Below, piece by piece: positions 1-8,101 of a stretch of DNA of 36,168 nt. The DNA is from a bacterium (GTDB taxonomy: Bacteria; Zhuqueibacterota; Zhuqueibacteria; Oceanimicrobiales; Oceanimicrobiaceae). Each line of letters opens with the position of its first letter. Within the stretch, counting starts at the first letter, position 1. The stretch lies in the NCBI GenBank assembly GCA_046757025.1, contig JBHHXN010000038.1, positions 1 to 36,168 of the forward strand, in the 5' to 3' direction. Made by a program: the position numbers and the translations under genes. The notes under the pieces are model-generated. The model was not told the origin of the DNA and ran no database searches. It worked only from the letters and a program-made list of their open reading frames with translations.

Positions 1-3
1 GCG

Positions 4-921
4 ATGTGCCTGGGATACCTTGCCGGCATGTGGGAACAGACGGTCATAATGAATTCTCCAAATGGAGATGCGGCTTTCAGTGACCGGGGCACCGTTCTGG
101 CGGAGGCAATCCGTTTGCTGACAGAAGCGAGGGACGCAATCAATGCGAATGCGATATCAGATGATTTCAAAAACAACGTGTTGGGAGATAATATTAACTT
201 GCTGAAGTGTATCAATGCACGTCTGTCGCGCTACAGTCTTATGGCAGGGAACTTTAACGATGCCATTACTCACGCGGATGCCGTGCTAAATGATGCTAGT
301 ACGCCGGTGAGTTCAGTGTACAACTACGATGCAAACAATGTCAACCCTATATGGTTTCGAATAAATCCTGGGGCCTCTGACCTGAAGCCACAAAAGAATT
401 TTGGATTGTTGGGCGCTTATGTTCCAGAACCGGGTGATGGCAGGATTGCATTTTACCTGGGAGAAGATGCCGGGACCGCCAATGCCGATGCCGGTGGGCA
501 ACCCTTAAGTCAAGCGCTGGGATTCTGGACCACTCAGACTTCGCCCATTCCAGTTTATCTTCAGGGTGAAATGCTACTCAACAAGGCCGAAGCATACGCG
601 CGGCTCAATCAACTCCCTGAAGCCGTCAACAATTTGAACCTGGTTAGAGAGAAAACCAATGACCCACTCGGTGTCAATGCGGGTTTGGCAGCCTGGACTG
701 GTGATGCAAACAGTCAGACAGATATCCTGGAAGAAATCTACAAGAATCGGGCCATTGAATTGTTTCTCACCGGAATGCGATTTGAAGACAGCCGGAGATT
801 TCATCCCGACCTGAATCCTGCGGTTGATAACATGACAAACGAGCGCAATAGGAATTTTTACCCTTATCCCTCCATTGAACGGGATAACAATCCAAAGACT
901 CCGCCGGATCCGGCCATTTAA
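4..921 (+). CDS. SusD/RagB-family outer-membrane nutrient-binding protein (5'-truncated by window edge)
   Basis: Contains TPR-like helices (EMLLNKAEAYARLNQLPEAVNNLNLVRE) and the SusD C-terminal signature NRAIELFLTGMRFEDSRR...YPYPSIERDNNP. There is no signal peptide at the ORF start, so the true start probably lies upstream of the window. Confidence 0.85.
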   Translation: MCLGYLAGMWEQTVIMNSPNGDAAFSDRGTVLAEAIRLLTEARDAINANAISDDFKNNVLGDNINLLKCINARLSRYSLMAGNFNDAITHADAVLNDASTPVSSVYNYDANNVNPIWFRINPGASDLKPQKNFGLLGAYVPEPGDGRIAFYLGEDAGTANADAGGQPLSQALGFWTTQTSPIPVYLQGEMLLNKAEAYARLNQLPEAVNNLNLVREKTNDPLGVNAGLAAWTGDANSQTDILEEIYKNRAIELFLTGMRFEDSRRFHPDLNPAVDNMTNERNRNFYPYPSIERDNNPKTPPDPAI

Positions 922-945
922 AATCTAATTGTCAGATATTTAACA

Positions 946-997
946 GAAAAAGCCTTGCTTTGGTCTTGGAAATGGCCATGGCAAGGCTTTCTATTTA
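946..997 (+). terminator. Probable intrinsic terminator after the SusD-like gene
   Basis: Stem AAAGCCTTGC...GCAAGGCTTT followed by CTATTT, about 25 nt after the stop codon. Confidence 0.6.
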
Positions 998-1185
998 TAG
1001 GAAAAAATTAGGGAAATAACACCTGAGCTGAAAACTAAAAAGATTCCTTCAGCTTGTCCGGTAGGGCGGGGAATGTGCGAGGCGAATTTTTACAGGTTTT
1101 CACGCAGTCTCTTTCTTAGTGAACGAAAGGTTACCCCTCTAAGAACGAGGTTTTTACGAAATTTTTCAGGAATTTTCTCCAAAAT

Positions 1186-1221
1186 AAAAAAGGCGCGTCA
1201 TTAGGAAATGACACGCCTTTC
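1186..1221 (-). terminator. Intrinsic terminator of the cytochrome b6 operon
   Basis: The minus strand reads AAAGGCGTGTCATTTCCTAATGACGCGCCTTTTTT: a GC-rich stem plus U-tract about 35 nt after the last gene. Confidence 0.75.
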
Positions 1222-1254
1222 TATATTTAAATGAAATAAGTGATACGAGGAGAG

Positions 1255-2043
1255 TTAACTGCCGACTGTAAATTCCATGTTGGCTTCCGCAGCCGCACCG
1301 GCGGTCACGGTGACTTCCATGGATTTTTTCCCCAACGATTCCTGCCAGAATTCGACGGAATAGGTGCCCGCAGGCACATCTATTAATTCAAAATTACCTT
1401 CGGAATCGGTTACGACATAATAAGGATGATCAACCACGCAAACATACGCACCCATCCAGTTATGCACATCGCAGGTTACGCGGATGAATTCCGCCTGGTC
1501 GAATGTTTGTTTCATTTCTTTATTAAATCCCGGTTGGGCTACGTTGACTGGTGAATTGAGCTCGCTGTAAGTGTGAATGTTGTGCAAAATACCGTCGCTG
1601 TTTTTGATGGTTAATTCAGCGCCGGTGGGAATCAATACCACGTGCGGTTTGAACGCGCAGCCATTCTGATCGATGGCAAACGTCGTGCCCAGAGAGGACA
1701 GATCTTTACCGGCGCTGATATTGGAGATACTAACTACGACGTTGGCCAGACCGTTTGAGCTGGAAACGACGAGGTCTTCTTTGTAATGCGGTTCTTTGCT
1801 GCAAACCGCCACATCTTTGGTCACTTCTAATTTTTGTTTTGGCGGCACCGCGCCGGAAAAAGTCACTCTTCCAGTGATGGAGCCGCCATCGGTGACCGCT
1901 ACCGCTTTGTAAGCTCCGGTTTCGGCTGCGGATTCGGTTTTTGGAGCCGTTTGTTTAGTTTGATCGGTCTCTCCCCCGCCTCCGCATGAAAATGCCAAGG
2001 CCGCTATCAACTGCGCTAATGCTATGGTAATTATTTTTTTCAT
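1255..2043 (-). CDS. Lipoprotein with cupredoxin-like core and carboxypeptidase-regulatory-like beta-sandwich
   Basis: Lipobox LAFS-C. Motifs DQNGCAFKPH, LHNIH and CDVHNWM supply a His/Cys/His/Met set resembling a type-1 Cu site. The C-terminal TDSEGNFELIDVPAGTY is CarboxypepD_reg-like. RBS GAGGAGG precedes the start. Confidence 0.75.
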   Translation of the reverse strand: MKKIITIALAQLIAALAFSCGGGGETDQTKQTAPKTESAAETGAYKAVAVTDGGSITGRVTFSGAVPPKQKLEVTKDVAVCSKEPHYKEDLVVSSSNGLANVVVSISNISAGKDLSSLGTTFAIDQNGCAFKPHVVLIPTGAELTIKNSDGILHNIHTYSELNSPVNVAQPGFNKEMKQTFDQAEFIRVTCDVHNWMGAYVCVVDHPYYVVTDSEGNFELIDVPAGTYSVEFWQESLGKKSMEVTVTAGAAAEANMEFTVGS

Positions 2044-2089
2044 GGATTCCTCCTCAAAAAAGATTTTGTTATGAAATGTCGAATAAGCA

Positions 2090-4723
2090 TTAATTTTTTA
2101 CAAATCTGTGTATGTTCATGAGATAATCGGTTAAGGCTTCAATTTGTTTCTCCGGATTGCCTTCAAAAATATTCGGCGGTGCCGCATCCGGATAGAATCC
2201 CGGCATTTTGGTACCAGGCTGCTGTGCTTGCGGATTGGCAATCCAATCAAATACCCAGTCTGGATTCAGCCGGTCAGGCGCCAATAGAAAATCCGGCGCC
2301 CACCCAGCCGGCGGCCCTTCGGGTTTTTTCTTGCCAACTTGGTGACAACTGTAGCAGCTCAAATAGTCGGTTGAAAACAGCGTTTCGGCGGCTTTTATTT
2401 CTTCGCTGGTCAAATCCACATCGATTTCCATGAACGCCTCGCTCATCCCTTCTAATGCCTGAAAATACTCGATGAGCTGGTTGACTTCTTCGTCACTGAG
2501 GTCAAAAGACGGCATGCGGATATTCAGCCATGGCCGAATGTTGATGGTGGGGTTTTTCAGAAATCCGAATAGCCAGTCCGGTTGCACTTTGCGTCCCTCG
2601 CCGATGAGATCGGGCGGAGCAAAGGAGATGGCTTCTTCAGGAGCACGCCCTTCGACTTTGAAGGATTCAGCAAGGATTGACCGGATGAATCCACCCTGAC
2701 CTTCAATGATATGACAGCCGATACAATTATATTGTCTAACCAATCGGCGGCCTTTTTCGATGGCGTCGCCCAATCGCCCCATATCGTGAAGATACTCTTT
2801 ACCGATGACCCGGCCATCCCAGCTTTTCAGGATCAAAGTCATGGTATTGGCTTCTTCCTCTGAAAAGGCGAAGTTCGGCATGCGTTGCGCCACGGCTTCG
2901 GTTTCATACATGCGGGAATTGAGCATCTTGCCTTTGGTCCAGGCGTACCAGGTTTCTTCAGGTACTCGGCCATCTGCCAGGGCGTCACCGAAAAAGAGTT
3001 CTTCAGGAGTTTTGGCGCCAAATTCATTCAACGCGACACTCACCTTGCCTTCTTTTTCCATGCCCGGAATATCATGACAACCGTGGCATCCAAAATTTCG
3101 AATAATGGCCTGGCCTTCTGCAACGAGCTCTTTGGAGTTCAAATCCACAGTCTGCAATTGGTTTTCCGCAAGACTCGAGTCGGTATTGGACATGAGGTAG
3201 GCTACGATATCCCGGGCTTCGGTGTCGTTCAGTCGAAGATTGGGCATAGTCGTGTTGGGGTTGTACTGTTTCGGATTTTTTATCCAGGCATAAAGCCAAT
3301 CTCGATTAACTTTACTGCCAATTTTTGTCAATTCGGGGGCGATGTCATAACTGACGTCGGTTCTATTTACCTGCCGGTCTTGTTCAGTTATCACATGACA
3401 GCCTTTGCAACCCACGCTTTCAACCAGTTTTTCTCCCCGACTGGCCGAACCACCTGCCGGCACTTTTGCCGGTTTGTACTCATGGTTTTTACTTACACTG
3501 TATAAGTACGCTGTGACAGCCGCTGCTTCATCGTGGGAATATTGCGGGTTAGGCATGCGGCTATGTTGTCTAAACGATTTAGTATCTTTCACCCACTGAT
3601 AAATAAAATTGGGGGTGGTTTTTGAAAGAATTTTACTCAATGGCGGACCAATTTTACGAGCCTTTTCATAACCCGCTATTTCATGGCAGCCAAAACAACC
3701 CAGGTCGAAAACCATGCGCTTCGCACGGGACAAATTGGGCGCGTGGTCCAAAGACAACTCTTTGTTGTGACATTTGTTGCAGCCGGCTTCCACGAGTTCA
3801 TTTTTTAAAAGCGGGTGTTCCCAGTGTTTGTCATAGCCATGAGCGTGAAATTCCTGCAGAGCGGGGCCCTGACCTTCATGGCAGGAGGAGCAGGCAAATT
3901 TATTGACGGGATGGGTCTTAAAAAACCATTCCCGATCGGGATGCGATTGAAAAGGTGCAGGATAGTCTTCGTATCCTCTTTTGTCGGCGTTTACGTGGCA
4001 GCTGGTACAGCGGTCAACTTTATCCAGAAAACTCTCAAAATTACCACGTACAAAATTAGGCAGCACCACCTGTTTAATAGAAATTTTTCTGTGATCGATC
4101 AGTGTTAATTTTTCTTGGTGATCTTTGACGGGTTCTACCAGGGCTTCGTATTCTTTTTGCAAGCTATCCACTGCCGACCGATAGCGCAGCAAGCGGGCTT
4201 CTAATTCTTCTTTCTGAACTTCGGCTTCATCCCATTTTATTTTCAAACTGGCCACTTCTGAAATCAATGCATCCACTTTTTTACGGAGCTTCTGGGCTTT
4301 GGAATCCTGGCCGGCGTGTTCAGCATGTTTATATTCATACCAAAGAGCGTCGTATTCGCTTTTTGCGAAACGATAAGCCTGCATCGCTTTATCGATTTCC
4401 ACGTCGGCTTGATGCAGATCGGCTTGCAAATCTTCGTAAGCCTGGCCCTGGAGATGGGCTTTGGCTTGCTGGAGCTGTTCCGTTAATTGCGCCAAATGGT
4501 CCGCGTATTGCAAGTTCAACTCTTCTCGTACCTCAGCTAATTTTTGAGCTACGTTTTGGTATTCAATTTCGTTGAATTTTTTTTGATGTCGTTGCCAGGG
4601 TGCTCTAAAACTGATCATGTCTAAAATGGCCCAGAAAGTCGTTAGAGCTAACAACCCTGCGAGAATTAAATAATACACACTGTATTCTCTTTCTTCGATT
4701 GGCGTTTCTGAACGTTTGGGCAA
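2090..4723 (-). CDS. Membrane-anchored octaheme cytochrome c
   Basis: Eight CxxCH motifs (CTSCH, CSSCH, CNKCH, CFGCH, CKGCH, CHGCH, CIGCH, CYSCH), an N-terminal TM helix and a long coiled coil. TTG start with AGGAGG RBS. Confidence 0.92.
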   Translation of the reverse strand: MPKRSETPIEEREYSVYYLILAGLLALTTFWAILDMISFRAPWQRHQKKFNEIEYQNVAQKLAEVREELNLQYADHLAQLTEQLQQAKAHLQGQAYEDLQADLHQADVEIDKAMQAYRFAKSEYDALWYEYKHAEHAGQDSKAQKLRKKVDALISEVASLKIKWDEAEVQKEELEARLLRYRSAVDSLQKEYEALVEPVKDHQEKLTLIDHRKISIKQVVLPNFVRGNFESFLDKVDRCTSCHVNADKRGYEDYPAPFQSHPDREWFFKTHPVNKFACSSCHEGQGPALQEFHAHGYDKHWEHPLLKNELVEAGCNKCHNKELSLDHAPNLSRAKRMVFDLGCFGCHEIAGYEKARKIGPPLSKILSKTTPNFIYQWVKDTKSFRQHSRMPNPQYSHDEAAAVTAYLYSVSKNHEYKPAKVPAGGSASRGEKLVESVGCKGCHVITEQDRQVNRTDVSYDIAPELTKIGSKVNRDWLYAWIKNPKQYNPNTTMPNLRLNDTEARDIVAYLMSNTDSSLAENQLQTVDLNSKELVAEGQAIIRNFGCHGCHDIPGMEKEGKVSVALNEFGAKTPEELFFGDALADGRVPEETWYAWTKGKMLNSRMYETEAVAQRMPNFAFSEEEANTMTLILKSWDGRVIGKEYLHDMGRLGDAIEKGRRLVRQYNCIGCHIIEGQGGFIRSILAESFKVEGRAPEEAISFAPPDLIGEGRKVQPDWLFGFLKNPTINIRPWLNIRMPSFDLSDEEVNQLIEYFQALEGMSEAFMEIDVDLTSEEIKAAETLFSTDYLSCYSCHQVGKKKPEGPPAGWAPDFLLAPDRLNPDWVFDWIANPQAQQPGTKMPGFYPDAAPPNIFEGNPEKQIEALTDYLMNIHRFVKN

Positions 4724-4784
4724 GGATGCCTCCTTTACGATTTAATTAACGAAAAAAATAGATCCACATTAATTAAATTGATTG

Positions 4785-5663
4785 TCAGATATTGAACCAC
4801 GGTGTTACCCATACATATTTGATATTGAGTGTCCATCTTAATATCATTTTAATGGGGAGTCCCATCATGGTTAAAAATAAAAAGGCCAGGATGGCGTATC
4901 GAACGCCACCCAGAGTTTTGATGAAATCGGAATTTTTCTTCCAAAAATAATAGATCAAGCCCAGTGAGTAGTAGAGGAAAACGACGAATCCGCCGAAGAA
5001 AAACGCACCCACGGGACTGCGAATGCCAAATTTTTCATGCAGATCGACGTTGGTCATGGCCACGACTTTATGCACATCCCATCTTTCCCAGGGCATAAAG
5101 AAATTCCAACCCGGTCCTCGCATAAAGGTACCCACTAGAATCAGCGAAATCCATAAAATAAAAAATCCGAATAAAAAGGTACCGATGGCAAATTTTCGCT
5201 CCTGCCAAGTGTAATAGCCGTTTCCCTTTGGATTTTTGTCGATGTACGGAATGGCCATGAGTCCGATGATGATGAGAGTGGGAAAGATGACGCCAGCGAT
5301 CCAGGGATCAAAATACACCAGCATTTCTTGCAGCCCGAGAAAGTACCAGGGCGCTTTGGAAGGATTCGGTGTGCGCGTAGGATTTGCCGGTTCCTCTAAG
5401 GGAGCGTTGATGACAATGGACCAGACGGTCAAAATAACCATGATCAGGATGGCCGCCAAGAATTCGTTGCGAGTAAGATAGGGCCAGGTGAAAATCCGAT
5501 CCTTACCTTCTTCCTGCAACTGGCTGTATTTACCCGCTGCGATCAAGCGATCATTTTTAGCGGCCTCTCGCATGGACAACCAGGTATAATAACCGATGAG
5601 AAAAATCATGGCAATGATGGGAATGTTGTCAGCTTTGGATAAGATGGCTAAAAATTGTTCCAT
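4785..5663 (-). CDS. Cytochrome b6f subunit IV-like / cytochrome b C-terminal protein (PetD/QcrC-like)
   Basis: APLEEPANPTRTPNPSKAPWYFLGLQE aligns to the PetD ANP...PEWYF region, followed by LMAIPYIDKNP. Several TM helices; lies directly downstream of cytochrome b6. Confidence 0.85.
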   Translation of the reverse strand: MEQFLAILSKADNIPIIAMIFLIGYYTWLSMREAAKNDRLIAAGKYSQLQEEGKDRIFTWPYLTRNEFLAAILIMVILTVWSIVINAPLEEPANPTRTPNPSKAPWYFLGLQEMLVYFDPWIAGVIFPTLIIIGLMAIPYIDKNPKGNGYYTWQERKFAIGTFLFGFFILWISLILVGTFMRGPGWNFFMPWERWDVHKVVAMTNVDLHEKFGIRSPVGAFFFGGFVVFLYYSLGLIYYFWKKNSDFIKTLGGVRYAILAFLFLTMMGLPIKMILRWTLNIKYVWVTPWFNI

Positions 5664-5725
5664 AGTTCTCCTGTCATTCGATTGGTAGAATTAAAACTCT
5701 GTGTGAAAATGTCAATTAAAAATCA

Positions 5726-5805
5726 GAATGACCCGTGGAAAAAATAGTCTTTCCCGTACTTGTTTCGGGATTCAGGCTAAAGCGTATTTTTTCAACTGGT
5801 CATTC
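5726..5805. repeat. 80-bp palindromic element (21-bp inverted repeat, 2 mismatches) in the petB-petD spacer
   Basis: GAATGACCCGTGGAAAAAATA (5726-5746) pairs with TATTTTTTCAACTGGTCATTC (5785-5805). Confidence 0.7.
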
Positions 5806-5951
5806 ATACTACTAATCATGATGCGTGAAAAGAACGCTTCGAACTTTTTGAGAATATTAAAATGAACCACCGGCTTGTTTTATGATAATTATTTGAAAAT
5901 TTCAACTAAAACAGCCGGCTCAGTTTGGTTTTTATCTTAAAAAATCTACGA

Positions 5952-6725
5952 TTAGAGTGGTCCGGAAATGCCGCCGTCTTTACGCACACGCCAGAAATGC
6001 ACAGCAATGAATACTGCCAAAAACAACGGGAAGAAGATACAATGCAGCACGTAAAATCGCAGCAGCGTCGGTGGTCCGACCTGGGTTCCACCCAGCAGCA
6101 CAAATCGCACATCGTTGTCGGGCCGCATTCCGAGCTCGGGCCCAAAAGGCCCTTCGTGACCGAGGAGGGGCGTGGCGCGCGCCATATTGGTTCCAACTGT
6201 CACCGCCCATATCGAAAGTTGATCCCAGGGCAGGAGATAGCCTGTAAAACTCAACAGCAAGGTCACGGTGAGCAAAATGACGCCCACAACCCAGTTGAAT
6301 TCTCGAGGGGGTTTGTAGGAACCGGTTAGAAATACTCTGAACATGTGCAGCCACACGGTAATGACCATACCGTGAGCAGCCCACCGATGCATGTTGCGTA
6401 AAAACATGCCAAACGGGACATCAAACTGCAAATATTTCATGTCGTTAAAAGCGTACTCTGCTGTGGGCCGGTAGTAAAACATCAGGAGAACGCCGGTAAC
6501 GGCTGTTACCAAAAAAAGCAAAAAAGTAATCCCCCCCATGCACCAGGTAAATCGAATGTAACCGGCGTGCCGGGGAATGCGAGTGGGATGGAGATGCAGC
6601 CAGACATTGTCCAGAACCTGAAGATAACGATTTCTGGGGCTGTCTTCATACCCGTGCCGAAACATGGATTTCCAGACCTGAGATTTGAGTAAACCGTCTT
6701 TCATTTTATTGAAAAAAGCTTGCAT
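5952..6725 (-). CDS. petB: Cytochrome b6 (split cytochrome b N-terminal subunit)
   Basis: FTWCMGG carries the heme-ci Cys position. Heme-ligand His pairs are [16 protein letters not shown] and [17 protein letters not shown]. Also [11 protein letters not shown] and [10 protein letters not shown]; ends GGISGPL as b6 proteins do. Confidence 0.93.
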   Translation of the reverse strand: MQAFFNKMKDGLLKSQVWKSMFRHGYEDSPRNRYLQVLDNVWLHLHPTRIPRHAGYIRFTWCMGGITFLLFLVTAVTGVLLMFYYRPTAEYAFNDMKYLQFDVPFGMFLRNMHRWAAHGMVITVWLHMFRVFLTGSYKPPREFNWVVGVILLTVTLLLSFTGYLLPWDQLSIWAVTVGTNMARATPLLGHEGPFGPELGMRPDNDVRFVLLGGTQVGPPTLLRFYVLHCIFFPLFLAVFIAVHFWRVRKDGGISGPL

Positions 6726-6781
6726 CCTATCTCCTTATATTGTAGTCAGATACTGAATATCGTGGGGTTTAAAATGTGAGG

Positions 6782-6810
6782 AATATAACCACATTTTTAT
6801 AAAATGTCAA
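6782..6810 (-). promoter_or_regulatory. Sigma70-type promoter of the cytochrome b6 operon
   Basis: Minus strand TTGACA-17 nt-TATATT, about 55 nt upstream of the petB ATG. Confidence 0.75.
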
Positions 6811-6977
6811 GGGAATTCAAATTAAAATAAAACGGTTTTGTCTGCTTTTTTTTGTGTCTGCAAAAGGGAAATTCAAAATAACCACAGTCAAGGAAGGGTC
6901 AAAGCCCATAGTCAAACTGTATTAAATTTTTCGAGGGATTAGCTGAAGTCATAAAGATGAAATTTTTTTAAAAAAGG

Positions 6978-7016
6978 TTGCTTTTTTTGATTTTAAGGAA
7001 TACATTGTGGTATAAA
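6978..7016 (+). promoter_or_regulatory. Sigma70-type promoter(s) upstream of the candidate ncRNA
   Basis: TTGCTT-17-TACATT (6978-7006), with an overlapping TTGATT-18-TATAAA carrying an extended TGn (6987-7016). Confidence 0.55.
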
Positions 7017-7250
7017 AATCCTGGTACGTTGGGAATTCAACCAGGGGAATTCCGGACGGTAAAGTGGTACCCTGCTGAAAGGAGGTGATCCTATATCTAG
7101 CATAGAAATAGGAGCCTCCGAAAAGCTTTGTTAATCCAGTTGCTTTACGAGTAATCAAATCCAATTAGAGTTAACTAGGATAATTTCAGGGTTTTCGGAG
7201 CTCTTGCAAGCCGTAAAAGCCTTACTTCAACTGAAGTGAGGCTTTTGTAT
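7013..7250 (+). ncRNA. Candidate structured small RNA or leader RNA of unknown family
   Basis: Bounded by a promoter and a strong terminator, with no plus-strand ATG ORF. Nested helices: CGTTGGGAATTC/GAATTCCGGACG, GTAAAGT/GCTTTAC, GGAGGT/GCCTCC, TCCTAT/ATAGGA and AAAATCCTG/CAGGGTTTT. Confidence 0.55.
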
Positions 7251-7253
7251 TTT
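7215..7253 (+). terminator. Strong intrinsic terminator
   Basis: AAAAGCCTTACTTCA-AC-TGAAGTGAGGCTTTT followed by GTATTTT. Confidence 0.8.
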
Positions 7254-7354
7254 ACAGTCAGTTTTATAGTAAAATTACTTTTTTTTGAAAAGATAATTCT
7301 GTATATTAGAGCATCTTTTATTGAAACCATGTTTAAATTTAAGGAGGATTTTGC

Positions 7355-7855
7355 ATGTTGAATGAAACCGTTGAAAAAGCCATTAATGAACAGATCAAGA
7401 ACGAATTTTATTCAGCTTATTTGTATCTTTCCATGTCTGCATATTGTGAAAGAATAAATCTTGGTGGTTTTGCAAATTGGATGCGCTTACAATATGAAGA
7501 AGAAACCGCGCACGCGCTGCGTTTGTTCGATTTTCTCAACGACCGCGAAGGCAACGTGAAATTGCTAACTATCCAGCAGCCGCCTTCGGAATTTAGCTCC
7601 CCCTTGGAAATTTTCCAGGAAGTCCTGGCCCATGAAAAAAAAGTCACCGCTATGATACATGAATTATACGCGCTTTCCGTTAAGGAAAATGATTATCCCA
7701 CGCAGGTGGAAATGCAATGGTTCATCACCGAGCAAGTCGAGGAAGAGAAAAGTGCCAGCGAAATTGTTGAACAATTAAAAATGGTAGGCGATGATAACAC
7801 GGCTTTGCTCATGCTGGATCGGCAATTGGCGGCCAGAACTGCAGAGGTGGAATAA
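7355..7855 (+). CDS. ftnA: Non-heme ferritin
   Basis: Ferroxidase-centre motifs NEFYSAYLY, EEETAHA, HEKKVT and QWFITEQVEEE; 166 aa; AAGGAGG RBS. Confidence 0.95.
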   Translation: MLNETVEKAINEQIKNEFYSAYLYLSMSAYCERINLGGFANWMRLQYEEETAHALRLFDFLNDREGNVKLLTIQQPPSEFSSPLEIFQEVLAHEKKVTAMIHELYALSVKENDYPTQVEMQWFITEQVEEEKSASEIVEQLKMVGDDNTALLMLDRQLAARTAEVE

Positions 7856-8101
7856 TAGGCTAAGCCATGCTCTCTTCCCTGTTGCAGGCATAAATTACCT
7901 AAATCAAGTCATTCGAAACGTGTTCTTTATCAATTTCTGCCTGTCTGAATTGCAAGATTTTTTGACGCTAGGTTTAACTCAGAATCCCATTAATACGAAA
8001 AGACGATTTCAGAAGGAATTGCATTCTTTTTGGAACAACTCAGCAAGCTCAAGGCATCCCAATGTCCGCCTGCTGGAATATTCCTTAAATTGTCACATAT
8101 T

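Noticed and set aside
2885..3505. 206-aa plus-strand ORF and the other short ORFs nested in long genes
   Set aside because: Antisense or alternate-frame shadows of well-supported CDSs, with no independent signals.
5882..5898. Fur box (TGATAAT-T-ATTTGAA)
   Set aside because: The second half-site matches only 4 of 7 positions in an AT-rich region, which is too weak to call.
7077..7091. Possible 16S rRNA gene fragment on the minus strand
   Set aside because: The match stops at 15 nt. The continuation expected from 16S (AGCCGCA) is absent.
6949..7164. 71-aa minus-strand ORF
   Set aside because: TTG start without an RBS, no motif, and it lies antisense to the promoter- and terminator-bounded structured unit.
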